From Candidatus Binatia bacterium (lineage in GTDB: Bacteria; Desulfobacterota; Binatia; HRBIN30), in the NCBI GenBank assembly GCA_038245295.1, contig JBBRSP010000005.1, positions 128,001 through 192,000 of the forward strand: a DNA stretch of 64,000 nt, read 5' to 3'. Positions 10,757 to 20,367 of the stretch are shown in pieces; position 1 is the stretch's first letter; the number at the start of each line of letters is the position of its first letter. The notes under the pieces were generated by a model. That model did no database searches. It saw only the letters and a program-made list of their open reading frames with translations, and was not told the origin of the DNA. The translations under genes were made by a program, and so were the position numbers.

Positions 10757-12568
10757 CTATGATGGACAGTTCGCCAAGGCGAAGTTTACGGCGGCGACGA
10801 TCTCATCGATCGTCACGTTGCCGTCATGATTACGATCGGCAGCGCCGCATACCGTGAGATCCTGCGAGCCGAGCGCAATGTTCACCGCGCGGATGACCTC
10901 GTCGATGCTGACGGCACCATTGGCGTTGCAGTCGCCAGCACATCCCACCGGGCTGGGGGATGAGGTCGCCGTCGCCGTACGCGTCGGGGTACGAGTGCGT
11001 GTTGGCGTCGCGGTGGAGGTCGGTGTCGGAGTGAGAACACGGCCAAAGACAAGGCTCCCAACGGTTCCGACCAGGCAATCGGTTCCAGCAACGTAGGATC
11101 CCTCGAGACGGTCGCCGCGCACGGTGAGCCGGAAGCTCAAGCCGGTCGCGCCGGAGTGGGCATCACCGACCAGCGATCGATCATTGTCGACAAAGCCGTT
11201 GACCGCCGCGTGCGTCACGCAAAGGGAATGAGCGATGGTCAACTCACCGGTGAACGAAGCAAGGTCGGCGCTCTGATCGACATGGAAGAAGGCGTCTTCG
11301 GAAATGCCATTGTCGGCGATCATCCTGCCCGCATAGTCACCGCCGACCTGAATCGTTGTCGCGGGCTCGTCCGGCACAACGCCTTCCTGCACCAAGAAGG
11401 AAAGATCTTCCTGACGGCCGGCCAACGCGGCCTGGTCGAGGAGAGTGCAGTTGCCAACCCGATCGCAGATTTGCACACGACAGATCGCCCACTCGCCGGG
11501 GGGCGCATTGAAACGACCAAGTGCCAGCGACAACACCCCTTGCGCCTCGGCGTTGGAATCCTCCAGGGCGAGCACGCAACCGCTGCCGGGAACATCGAGA
11601 GTGAGGCTAACACTGGCTACCCCACTGCCTTGATCAGAGGCCCGGTATGCCAGCGCAACCGTGTGCGGCCCGGTTACCAGAGACAGGCTGGTTGGGTCGA
11701 CCGAGAGACTCAGCAAAGCCGGCGCCGTTGTGTCGGGCTCTGCCGTCACTTGAAATGGGAGCGCGAATCCCGCTGCGGCAAGGGCGTCATGGTTGTAGGA
11801 TTGGCAATTGAAGACGGAGTCGCAGACATCGACATGGCACACCGACCAGGCGCCGGGAACTGTCGCGAACCGATCAAACGGGAACTCGACGGCGCCGCTA
11901 CGCTCTTGGACCGGGGCAAACGAATCCGAACCGAGTTGATCGCAGCCACCGCCGGGCGGCTGCAGCGTCACGAAGACACTCGCGACACCGCTGCGCGCGT
12001 CGCGCGCCTGGTACTGCACGGCCAAGGTCATGTTGCCGGTGCTCAGATCGATGCTGTTCGTACTGAGGCTCAAGCCCACGAGGGTCGGCGCGACTGTGTC
12101 GGGCGTGGCAAGAATGCGCACGGAAGGGGCGAGGCCCAGAGCGCTGAGAACGGCGGACTCGATGGTACGACAGTTGTGCTGGGCATCGCAAAGACCCACC
12201 TGGCACACCTGCCAAACTCCAGGCGCGGTGCCGTAGCGTCCGAACGTGACTGCCACAGAGTCCTCGTGCAGGCGCGACGCCGCGAAAGATTGGCTCGCCG
12301 AGGTCAGGCATTCCCCGCCGGGCGTCGCGAGTCGGACGCTGAACGTCGTGGCACCGCTGTCGTCGTCGCTGACGGTGTAATGGATGCTCAGTGCACCGTC
12401 GGTCTCACGCAGATCCAATTCATCCGGCGTAATCGACAACGCCATGAGTTGCGGCGGCGTGTCGTCGGCTCGGGCCAGCGCCGCCGCGGCGCCGAGAGCG
12501 GCGACAACGACTAGGAGTCGGACGGACGCACGGAGCGAAAAGAAGCACGCAGCCACGCGGCGAGACAA
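10757..12568 (-). CDS. secreted protein with three Cys-containing Ig-like repeats, a Pro/Thr linker and a C-terminal dockerin/EF-hand-like domain
   Basis: signal peptide; three repeats starting DDTPPQL/DTVAPTL/DTTAPAL; TPTPT linker; CAGDCNANGAVSIDE...ADRNHDGNVTIDE. Confidence 0.8.
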   Translation of the reverse strand: MSRRVAACFFSLRASVRLLVVVAALGAAAALARADDTPPQLMALSITPDELDLRETDGALSIHYTVSDDDSGATTFSVRLATPGGECLTSASQSFAASRLHEDSVAVTFGRYGTAPGVWQVCQVGLCDAQHNCRTIESAVLSALGLAPSVRILATPDTVAPTLVGLSLSTNSIDLSTGNMTLAVQYQARDARSGVASVFVTLQPPGGGCDQLGSDSFAPVQERSGAVEFPFDRFATVPGAWSVCHVDVCDSVFNCQSYNHDALAAAGFALPFQVTAEPDTTAPALLSLSVDPTSLSLVTGPHTVALAYRASDQGSGVASVSLTLDVPGSGCVLALEDSNAEAQGVLSLALGRFNAPPGEWAICRVQICDRVGNCTLLDQAALAGRQEDLSFLVQEGVVPDEPATTIQVGGDYAGRMIADNGISEDAFFHVDQSADLASFTGELTIAHSLCVTHAAVNGFVDNDRSLVGDAHSGATGLSFRLTVRGDRLEGSYVAGTDCLVGTVGSLVFGRVLTPTPTSTATPTRTRTPTRTATATSSPSPVGCAGDCNANGAVSIDEVIRAVNIALGSQDLTVCGAADRNHDGNVTIDEIVAAVNFALANCPS

Positions 12569-12602
12569 ACACCGGAATGTCGAGGGCGCAAGCGGCGCCG
12601 CT

Positions 12603-12821
12603 TCAGGAGCGAGCCTTCTGCTTCTCTAACCAGGCAGCCCGGCAGCCACGGTTGCGGCAGAACCAGTGGCCATCATCGACGAAAGCGGTCGGGCATTGAT
12701 GGGTTCCATTGGCGAGGCGAACGACCGGATGCCGTTCATCACAATGGCCGCAAATGACGTAACGGCCGCCGCCTTGCGGTTTCGCGGTACGTCGCGAATC
12801 GAGCTCAATCACCTGACCCAT
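12603..12821 (-). CDS. small Cys/His-rich putative metal-binding protein
   Basis: 72 aa; CGHC...H...C...CRNRGC; ATG with a GAGAG SD-like sequence. Confidence 0.6.
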   Translation of the reverse strand: MGQVIELDSRRTAKPQGGGRYVICGHCDERHPVVRLANGTHQCPTAFVDDGHWFCRNRGCRAAWLEKQKARS

Positions 12822-13037
12822 GAGTGCGGCTCTCTACGGGAATTCCCCCGTCAAAGTCAAAGGGCCGGACAACCTTTCCTTCGGCGTTAGCAGGGCAGCC
12901 TCCAACATTGCTGGAGTCATTCCGCCAAAAAGGGGCACGCGTAACGGGACCGACACAGTCAGTGGCTGCGCCGACTGCGCTCGGTCCCGCTACTTCGCAT
13001 CGAGAGGAACGCTTCCGTCCGATCTCGACAGGCGCAA

Positions 13038-13247
13038 CTACGCCGCGACCGGGAGATGCCGATCAACGGCGTTAGGGGGACACGCGATGACGGGGTCAAC
13101 CGTACCGGGCCGCTCGCGCTCCAACCAAAATCCCAAAGTACAGAGCGCAAGCGCCACCGAGGCGAGGGCCATGATGAGGTTCCCACCGCCGAAGATGATG
13201 GGCACCGCAGGAACCACGGCGGCCCATAGCATTGAGAACGCTGGCAT
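13038..13247 (-). CDS. small membrane protein
   Basis: AAAGGAG SD; two hydrophobic segments. Confidence 0.5.
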   Translation of the reverse strand: MPAFSMLWAAVVPAVPIIFGGGNLIMALASVALALCTLGFWLERERPGTVDPVIACPPNAVDRHLPVAA

Positions 13248-13401
13248 AGGGTGATGACTCCTTTCGATGTGGATCCTAGGACTCTTGGCCGACGAGTCTA
13301 TAGTTTATGAACATGAAATTGCATTCGGAATCCGACCTAGGCAACTAATCGGCGCGAGGAATCAGCTTGCCGGTCGCCGCCGAGTAGGCAACAGTGGTGA
13401 T

Positions 13402-13827
13402 ATGCACCTGCCGAAGTTCATGCGACGCGTAAACCGCGTGGTCACCAACCCGATCCTTGGGTCGGTCGCCTGGATCCTGCCGCCCTTGGCAATCGTGCAC
13501 CATGTCGGCCGCAAAACCGGCAAGCGCTACCGCACCCCGGTAGTCGCATTCGCCACCGCCAGCGGGTTCGTGATTCCGATGACGTACGGCCGCGATGTCG
13601 ACTGGGGGCGCAATCTGGTCCACGCCGGCGGCGGCGAGATTGTCCAGATCGGTCAGCGTCACGTATTACGTCGCCCGCGTATGGTTGACCGCGACACAGC
13701 GTATCCGCACCTGCCCATTGGCATCCGCTCGGCGCTGTGGAAGGCCAACCTCCCCGGTTACGTGCTGCTCGATACGGTCGCGACGCCGATTCGCTCCGCC
13801 GCCAGCAAACGCAAGCGGCCAGAATGA
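13402..13827 (+). CDS. deazaflavin (F420)-dependent nitroreductase family protein
   Basis: HVGRKTGKRYRTPV and YGRDVDWGRN motifs. Confidence 0.88.
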   Translation: MHLPKFMRRVNRVVTNPILGSVAWILPPLAIVHHVGRKTGKRYRTPVVAFATASGFVIPMTYGRDVDWGRNLVHAGGGEIVQIGQRHVLRRPRMVDRDTAYPHLPIGIRSALWKANLPGYVLLDTVATPIRSAASKRKRPE

Positions 13828-13851
13828 TCGGAATCTTTTGGCGCTGCGAAG

Positions 13852-15408
13852 CTACGGAACACGAAGCGCCGTCCGTCGCTCAATGATCGATGCATTCACA
13901 GCCGCCATTGTCTCTGCGAGCGGTTGATTCAACTCGTCATTGATATCGACAATCCCAATGATCTGGTTCTCGCCATCGCTGCGCCCCTCGACGGGTTGAT
14001 CCGGCCATTGAAACCAATGTTCCCCCACGACGGACGGTAATCCGAGAATCCCTTCCATGTATCCCCGATATGCCTCAGCTTGCGCCGTCGCATCTGGCAC
14101 TTCAGGCAAGATTCCGTGCGGGGGGAAGGTCGTCACTCCGACGCGAGCCCGCCGATAGAACCACTCGGTGATCAAGACCGGCTTGTCGGTGATCTCTGTC
14201 AGCTGCTGCAGACGTTCGAAGGGGTCGAAGGATAACAACCCGAGCGCCGCCAGTTTCTGACGCTGCACCGGGCTCAGTGCCGCGCCGATCAACCCGGAAA
14301 CGTCGTAGTTGTTGACCGACATCACATCGACCGGCCCGGCAAGAGCCCGCAACACGGCGGGTGCGGCCGGCCCGACCACCAGACGCGGGCCGAGGTTCAA
14401 CATCGCCGCGTTGAGGCCCCGCAGCACCGAGTTGGCCAACTGGGCTATGGTGCCTGCGACGTGCGCCTCAAACGCCAGACGATCCTCCAACCGTGCCGGC
14501 GGCTCGTCGAAGTAACAAAGGTCATCATCGTAACCGAGCGTCAGTGGGCAGGTTCCGAGCCCGCGTAGTTGCTGCATATCGGCGAACGATGCGAGTTGCG
14601 TATCCCAGGTGACGTTGAAGGTCTCGACGTTGCCGGCATAACGCTGCGCGAAGAACTCCTGCACGGCGACCTTGCCGGGCGCACCCGCCATGAGGCCGAG
14701 GTAGGAATCCAGGTGACCGCCGCCGTTGATGAGAGACGGCAGATACGGAACTTCGTTCTCGACATAGGCACCAATGCACCACGCGTCCCTGGCGCAGCGC
14801 TGCAAAAGTCCGCCTTCCGCGGCGATGCCCTGCGCCAACTCGCCGGCATGCGGATCGAAGACGTCATGGAACGGCTTGAACCCGGCACCACCGCGGATGC
14901 GTGGCATCACTTGATAGAAGTCGACGTTGACGGCATAAGGAACACGATTGAAGCGATCGTAATCGGCGGCGCCCATCCAGCCGCCCAAACTGCGGATCCC
15001 AAGCATGCACAGACGGCGCTGGGTATTCGTCGCCCACGCCTCGATCGAGCCATTCTTAGCGAGCAGCCCATCTCGATATGGTGCTCGGCTGGTGTTGCCC
15101 ACGGTGTCGCCGATGGGATCGATGCCGGTGGGGCCGTTGGAGAACAGGGCATGACCATCCGGCGTGATGAACCACCACACCCCATCGACTCGTTCGACGC
15201 GGAAACGCCCGCTCGCGGCACGTTCGATGCCTTTCCAGCCGCCATATTGGTCGAAACCAAAGCCGCGAACCGGTGCCGAGTTGCAGACATCCTCGGAGGT
15301 GGCGCTGGCGCCTGCGGTGGGCAGCACGTCATCGCCTTCCGAACAGGCCGAGACGAACACGGTCGCGACGAGCGCGAGGAGATAGTGGGCGATTCGGATT
15401 TGTTGCAC
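13852..15408 (-). CDS. lipoprotein glycoside hydrolase, beta-agarase (GH50)-like
   Basis: lipobox FVSAC; DQYGGW, WWFITPDG, VENE and LITEW clan-A-like residues; WFQWPDQPVEGRSDGEN. Confidence 0.72.
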   Translation of the reverse strand: MQQIRIAHYLLALVATVFVSACSEGDDVLPTAGASATSEDVCNSAPVRGFGFDQYGGWKGIERAASGRFRVERVDGVWWFITPDGHALFSNGPTGIDPIGDTVGNTSRAPYRDGLLAKNGSIEAWATNTQRRLCMLGIRSLGGWMGAADYDRFNRVPYAVNVDFYQVMPRIRGGAGFKPFHDVFDPHAGELAQGIAAEGGLLQRCARDAWCIGAYVENEVPYLPSLINGGGHLDSYLGLMAGAPGKVAVQEFFAQRYAGNVETFNVTWDTQLASFADMQQLRGLGTCPLTLGYDDDLCYFDEPPARLEDRLAFEAHVAGTIAQLANSVLRGLNAAMLNLGPRLVVGPAAPAVLRALAGPVDVMSVNNYDVSGLIGAALSPVQRQKLAALGLLSFDPFERLQQLTEITDKPVLITEWFYRRARVGVTTFPPHGILPEVPDATAQAEAYRGYMEGILGLPSVVGEHWFQWPDQPVEGRSDGENQIIGIVDINDELNQPLAETMAAVNASIIERRTALRVP

Positions 15409-15535
15409 GTGTGGCCACTATGTCGCGGTGGTCGCGCTGTCAATTTGCGATCGTGAAAGCGAGGCCGGGGCTTGCAACCAACCTCCTTCGAGCTGAGACT
15501 ACGATCCGCGCTCGGATCGGCCAAAGGAGGAATCG

Positions 15536-15880
15536 ATGGCACTTGTAAACTCGCGTCTCGTCACCACGGCATTCGAACTGCCGGGATATCGCATCACGAC
15601 CAACATGGGCCTCGTGCGCGGCATCGTCGTGCGCTCGCGTAGCATCGTCGGCAACTTCGGCGCCGCGATTCAGACGTTCTTCGGCGGCAACATCACGATC
15701 TACACACGACTGTGCGAACAGGCCCGCGCCGACGCCTACAACTTGATGATGGAACACGCGGCGGCAATGGGTGCCAATGCCGTCATCGGCGTGCGCTACG
15801 ACGCCAATGAAGTAACGGCCGGGGTCACCGAAGTGCTGGCCTACGGCACCGCTGTCGTTGCCGAGCCGGCGAACATTTGA
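15536..15880 (+). CDS. YbjQ/UPF0145 family protein
   Basis: GANAVIGVRYD and EVLAYGTAV motifs; AAGGAGG SD. Confidence 0.93.
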   Translation: MALVNSRLVTTAFELPGYRITTNMGLVRGIVVRSRSIVGNFGAAIQTFFGGNITIYTRLCEQARADAYNLMMEHAAAMGANAVIGVRYDANEVTAGVTEVLAYGTAVVAEPANI

Positions 15881-16159
15881 ACCAGCCACGCCATCACCGC
15901 AAGAGAAGCTGCTCGAGGACATCTCGCTCCGCACGCCGATCCCGCCGCTGACGACCGAAAACATGTTCACCGACAAGCCACGGCGCGGCGTCATGCAGAT
16001 CTGAGCTGGTTCACCGCTCGACGCACCACCGGGGCGCGCCACTCCGTGGCGCCTGGTCACTGCCATGGCCGCTTCCGATCCAGCGCTCGGCTTCGCGTGG
16101 CGACGCGCTCCGAAAGACGCTGACATTCGCCACGCAGAACCGCTAAGAGCAGCGGCCGC

Positions 16160-17962
16160 ATGTCGTTGCTTTTGAGTGTTCAATCCATTCGCAAGATTTT
16201 TGGCGCCGTACCGCTGTTCGAGGATCTCTCCTTCGGGCTGCATGAGGACGATCGGGTCGGGCTCGTCGGACCCAACGGTAGCGGCAAGTCGACGCTGTTG
16301 AAGATCTTGGCCGGGCTGGACACTCCCGATGGCGGCACACGCGCCCTGCGCAAAGGGCTGCGTCTCGGATACGTGCCGCAAGACATGGAGTTTCCCGAGG
16401 ACCGCAGCGTCGAGCAGATCGTCGACGATGCCCTCGAGGCGGAGCACCTCGACTCTGACGACCGGCACACGCGCGTCGGGCTGACCATCGGTAAGATTGG
16501 CTTTGCCGACCCCCACCAACTTGCCGGCAAGCTCTCGGGCGGCTGGCAGAAGCGGTTGGCGATTGCCTGTGCGCTGGTGCGCAATCCCGATCTGCTGTTG
16601 ATGGACGAGCCAACAAACCACCTCGACGTCGAAGGAATCCTCTGGCTCGAGAAGCTATTGCAAGGCGAGGCCCTCGCCTTTCTCGTCGTCAGCCACGATC
16701 GCTACTTCCTCGAGAACGTCACCAATCGCATCATCGAGCTCAATCGCTGTTACGCGAGCGGTGTCTTCGACACACGCGGCAACTACAGCGCCTTCCTCGA
16801 AAAGAAGGACGAGGCGCTGCGTTCGCAAGAAAGCTATCAGCAGACACTCGCCAATCGTGTGCGCAACGAAGTCGAGTGGCTCAAGCGCGGACCCAAGGCG
16901 CGCACGCGCAAGTCGAGCGCGCGCATCAACGAAGCCGTGGCACTGCAAGAGGAACTTGTCGCCGTAAAGGGGCGCACCGCCACGCGCGCGGTGCAGGTCG
17001 AGTTCAACGCCTCCGATCGCAAGACCAAGCGGCTGATGATCGCCGAACATGTCGCCAAACGCTTCGGCGATCGCATTCTCGTCAAGGACCTCAACCTGAC
17101 TCTCGCCGCCGGTATGCGTCTCGGTATTCTCGGCCCGAACGGCAGCGGCAAGACAACACTGCTGCGTATGCTCGCCGGCCTCGAACCCGCAGATCGCGGA
17201 CTGGTTAAACGCGCCGACGGCTTGCGTCTGGTCTACCTCGATCAGCATCGCGAACAGATCGACCCGGCGGTCACCCTGCGCCGCGCCTTGGCGCCGGACG
17301 GCGATCAGGTTGTCTATCGTGACCGACCGATTCACGTCGCCGGCTGGGCACGTCGGTTCCTGTTTCCCGCCGAACAACTCGAGATGCCGCTCGGCCGTCT
17401 CTCCGGCGGCGAACGGGCTCGCGTCTCCATCGCCCGCCTGATGCTGCAGCCGGCCGACGTGTTGATGCTCGACGAGCCGACCAACGATCTCGATATCCCC
17501 ACCCTCGAGGTGCTGGAGGAGAGCCTGCTCGAATTCTCCGGCGCCGTCGTGCTCGTGACCCACGATCGCTACCTCTTCGACCGCGTCTCGACGACCGTGC
17601 TCGCGCTCGACGGCAAGGGTGGCTCCGAAGCCTTCGCCGACTACCAGCAGTGGGAAGAAGCGCAACGCACGCAGGAGCGGGCCGCTACCAAAGCAATCAA
17701 GGTCGCCGCCAAGGCCGCCGCCGAGACCACCAAGCGCCTCACCTACAAGGAGAAGCGCGAGTGGGAGCAGATGGAAGCAAGCATCTTGGCCGCCGAGGGT
17801 GCCCGGGAAAACTGCCAGACGGCAGCGCACGATCCGGCGGTTGCCGCGGATGCGGCGGTGCTGCACGAACGCTTCACCGCACTTCAGAAGGCCCAGGAGG
17901 AAGTGGATCGCCTGTACGCTCGCTGGGCAGAGCTCGAAGAGAAGTTGAGAGTCGACGGTTGA
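16160..17962 (+). CDS. ABC-F family ATPase (Uup-like)
   Basis: two GPNGSGK Walker A motifs, two LSGG signatures, DEPTN; no TM; coiled-coil C-terminus. Confidence 0.93.
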   Translation: MSLLLSVQSIRKIFGAVPLFEDLSFGLHEDDRVGLVGPNGSGKSTLLKILAGLDTPDGGTRALRKGLRLGYVPQDMEFPEDRSVEQIVDDALEAEHLDSDDRHTRVGLTIGKIGFADPHQLAGKLSGGWQKRLAIACALVRNPDLLLMDEPTNHLDVEGILWLEKLLQGEALAFLVVSHDRYFLENVTNRIIELNRCYASGVFDTRGNYSAFLEKKDEALRSQESYQQTLANRVRNEVEWLKRGPKARTRKSSARINEAVALQEELVAVKGRTATRAVQVEFNASDRKTKRLMIAEHVAKRFGDRILVKDLNLTLAAGMRLGILGPNGSGKTTLLRMLAGLEPADRGLVKRADGLRLVYLDQHREQIDPAVTLRRALAPDGDQVVYRDRPIHVAGWARRFLFPAEQLEMPLGRLSGGERARVSIARLMLQPADVLMLDEPTNDLDIPTLEVLEESLLEFSGAVVLVTHDRYLFDRVSTTVLALDGKGGSEAFADYQQWEEAQRTQERAATKAIKVAAKAAAETTKRLTYKEKREWEQMEASILAAEGARENCQTAAHDPAVAADAAVLHERFTALQKAQEEVDRLYARWAELEEKLRVDG

Positions 17963-18031
17963 GAGTTGAGAGAAGACAAGGCAGGTTGAACAGATCAGAT
18001 TCTCGACCCTTAACTCTCGACTCTCAACTCT
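17944..18031. repeat. 7-bp-periodic inverted repeat hairpin
   Basis: GTTGAGA-like units followed by complementary CTCTCAA/CTCTCGA units. Confidence 0.6.
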
Positions 18032-18057
18032 GACCCCTAGCAACTCGGCGGAGCCAT

Positions 18058-19593
18058 ATGTCAGCCCCGGTAATTCTCGCGATTGATCTCGGAACCGGTG
18101 GCCCCAAGGTCGCCGTCGTCGACGCGTCCGGCGTCGTACTCGGCTCGGGTATCGAACCGGTCACGACCACCTTCACCGCCGACGGCGGCGCCGAACAGGA
18201 TCCTCGCCAGTGGTGGACCGCGATCGTCGCGGCGGCGCGCCAGGCGCTGGCGAAATCGGGCGCCGGTGGGCGCATCGCCGCCGTCTGCTGCACTAGCCAG
18301 TACTCGTCGACCGTCGCCGTCGACAAAGACGGTGAGCCAACAGCGCCGTGCATCATGTGGATGGACAGCCGCGGCTCGCGTTACAACAAACACCTTGTCC
18401 AGTCTGAACATCTGCGCGATTACATCATCATCCACGGCTTCATCCCGACGTCGTCGGGTGCCGACGGCCTGTCCCACATGCTCTATATCAAGCATGGCCT
18501 GCCCGACGCCTACGCGCGCACGGCGGCCTTCTTGGAACCACTCGACTACGTCAATTTGAAGCTGACCGGCCGTGTGGCGGCCACGCAATCAACGGTCTTC
18601 CCGATGCTCATGTGTGACAACCGCGAGCACGGCGCCACGTCGTACTCCGCCGAACTCGTCGAGCTCGGCGGCATCGATCCAGCGAAGTTGCCGCCGTTGG
18701 TCCCGATGGACGGCATCGTCGGTCCGCTGTCCAACGCTGCCGCGACGGAGCTCGGTATTGCCGCCGGCGTACCGGTGTTCGCGGGCGCCTCGGACAGCAT
18801 CACGGCAGCAATCGCCGGAGGCGCGGTCGACTGCCGCAATGCCGCAATCGTCATCGGCACAACTTCGGTGTTGGTAACCCACGTCGACCGCAAAGACACC
18901 GATCTCATGCACGCGATCCTCAGCGTGCCGAGCCCGGTGGATGGCCGCTACTTCGTCATGGCCGAGAACGGTGTCGGCGGCCGAGCCCTCGAATTGTTCC
19001 TGCGCAGCCTGGTGTTTGCCGACGACGCGCTTGGAATCGGCCCGGCACCAGCCGACGTCTTCGAGCGCGCCGCGACCGTCGCCGCAACTTCGCCGGTCGG
19101 CAGCAACGGTGTGATGTTCATGCCCTGGCTGGCCGGCTCCATCGCTCCGTCAGCCGACGACAATGTCCGCGGCGGCTTCTTGGGGATTGGGCTGACGACG
19201 ACCCGCGCCGACATGACACGTGCCGTATTCGAAGGTGTGGCCCTCAACCTGCGTTGGTTGTTGCCGCACGTCGAAGAGTTCGCACAATCGAAGTTTCCGT
19301 TCGTGCGTTTTGCCGGTGGCGGTGCGACGTCCGACTTGTGGTCGCAGATCCTGGCCAATGTCCTCGGCATCCCGGTGCATCAGTTGGAAGATCCGCGCAA
19401 CACGAACGCGCGCGGTGCAGCGTTTCTGGCTCTCCAACGCCTCGGCGTGTTCGGGTTCGATGACATCGCCGGTCGTCTGCGAGTGCGCCGGGTCTGGGAA
19501 CCAGAGGCGGCCGCCACAGAGATCTACGCGAAGCTCGGGGAGCGGTTCGTGTCGGCGCACGGGATGCTGAGCAACTGGTATGCCGCAGGCTGA
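18058..19593 (+). CDS. FGGY-family carbohydrate kinase (xylulokinase-like)
   Basis: AIDLGTGG, WMDSRG, RAVFEGVA and FAGGGATSDLWSQ motifs. Confidence 0.92.
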   Translation: MSAPVILAIDLGTGGPKVAVVDASGVVLGSGIEPVTTTFTADGGAEQDPRQWWTAIVAAARQALAKSGAGGRIAAVCCTSQYSSTVAVDKDGEPTAPCIMWMDSRGSRYNKHLVQSEHLRDYIIIHGFIPTSSGADGLSHMLYIKHGLPDAYARTAAFLEPLDYVNLKLTGRVAATQSTVFPMLMCDNREHGATSYSAELVELGGIDPAKLPPLVPMDGIVGPLSNAAATELGIAAGVPVFAGASDSITAAIAGGAVDCRNAAIVIGTTSVLVTHVDRKDTDLMHAILSVPSPVDGRYFVMAENGVGGRALELFLRSLVFADDALGIGPAPADVFERAATVAATSPVGSNGVMFMPWLAGSIAPSADDNVRGGFLGIGLTTTRADMTRAVFEGVALNLRWLLPHVEEFAQSKFPFVRFAGGGATSDLWSQILANVLGIPVHQLEDPRNTNARGAAFLALQRLGVFGFDDIAGRLRVRRVWEPEAAATEIYAKLGERFVSAHGMLSNWYAAG

Positions 19594-19778
19594 AGAGGCT
19601 GTCTCAAAACATAGGCTCACCCTTCGACGGGCTCAGGGCGAGCGGACAAGATGTCTTTGAAAATCAACCAAGCACCCGCTCAGGCTGAGCCTGTCGAAGC
19701 CGGCTCCGCAAGGTTTTGAGACAGCCCCTGAAGCCTGCGCCTACCAGCTGACCGGTAGGCGCAAGCTTCAGCTTGCGG
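19584..19778. repeat. GTAG-type REP doublet interrupted by a MITE
   Basis: arms CGCAGGCTGAAG|CCTGCGCCTACC and GGTAGGCGCAAGCTTCAGCTTGCGG; the same REP is intact at 24205-24270. Confidence 0.8.
19596..19727. mobile_element. non-autonomous MITE of about 130 bp
   Basis: perfect 14-bp TIR GGCTGTCTCAAAAC (19597-19610)/GTTTTGAGACAGCC (19713-19726); CTGAAG direct repeat at 19590-19595 and 19728-19733. Confidence 0.8.
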
Positions 19779-19790
19779 TGCGGAACCTGT

Positions 19791-20267
19791 TCAGCCAGCC
19801 AGCCGGCGAAACGCGTCGATCACTTCGGGCGGCGCCTGAACCAACTCGATCAGCACACCTTCGCCGCCGATCGGCAACTCAGGGCTGCCTTTCGGGTGAA
19901 TGAAGCAGACATCGAAACCAGCGGCGCCCTTGCGGATGCCGCCCGGCGTGAAACGCATGCCCTTGGCGCTGAGCCATTCGACCGCCGCTTTCAAGTCGTC
20001 GATCCACAGGCCGATGTGATTCAGCTGCGGGTCGTGCACCTTCGGCTTCTTCTCCGGATCGATCGGCTGCATCAGGTCGACTTCGACCTTCAACGGGCCG
20101 CAACCGGCGGTGATGATGTCCTCATCAACGTTTTCCGATTCGCTGCGGAACGTGCCGCTCGGCGTCAGACCGAGCGTGTCGACCCAGAGACGGCGCAGCG
20201 CGCTCTTATCGAGACCGCCGACGGCGATCTGTTGCACTCCGAGGACGGAGAACGGGCGGTCACTCAT
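19791..20267 (-). CDS. VOC/glyoxalase family protein (methylmalonyl-CoA epimerase-like)
   Basis: [25 protein letters not shown] and GVLIELVQ motifs. Confidence 0.88.
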   Translation of the reverse strand: MSDRPFSVLGVQQIAVGGLDKSALRRLWVDTLGLTPSGTFRSESENVDEDIITAGCGPLKVEVDLMQPIDPEKKPKVHDPQLNHIGLWIDDLKAAVEWLSAKGMRFTPGGIRKGAAGFDVCFIHPKGSPELPIGGEGVLIELVQAPPEVIDAFRRLAG

Positions 20268-20283
20268 ATGCTCACCTTTCACC

Positions 20284-20364
20284 AGGCGAGGCATAGGCAC
20301 AGGCGAGGCTTAGGCTTAGAGGCAATCATTACCTCAGCCTGAGCCTCGCCTTAGCCTCTGCCTA
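20284..20364. repeat. 5-6-bp-periodic AGGC/GCCT inverted repeat hairpin
   Basis: tandem AGGCNN units followed by tandem NNGCCT units. Confidence 0.6.
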
Positions 20365-20367
20365 TTC

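Noticed and set aside
15876..16004. Coding-like frame FEPATPSPQEKLLEDISLRTPIPPLTTENMFTDKPRRGVMQI after ybjQ
   Set aside because: No start codon at its 5' end and no recognisable family; it may be a 3' gene remnant but is unsupported.
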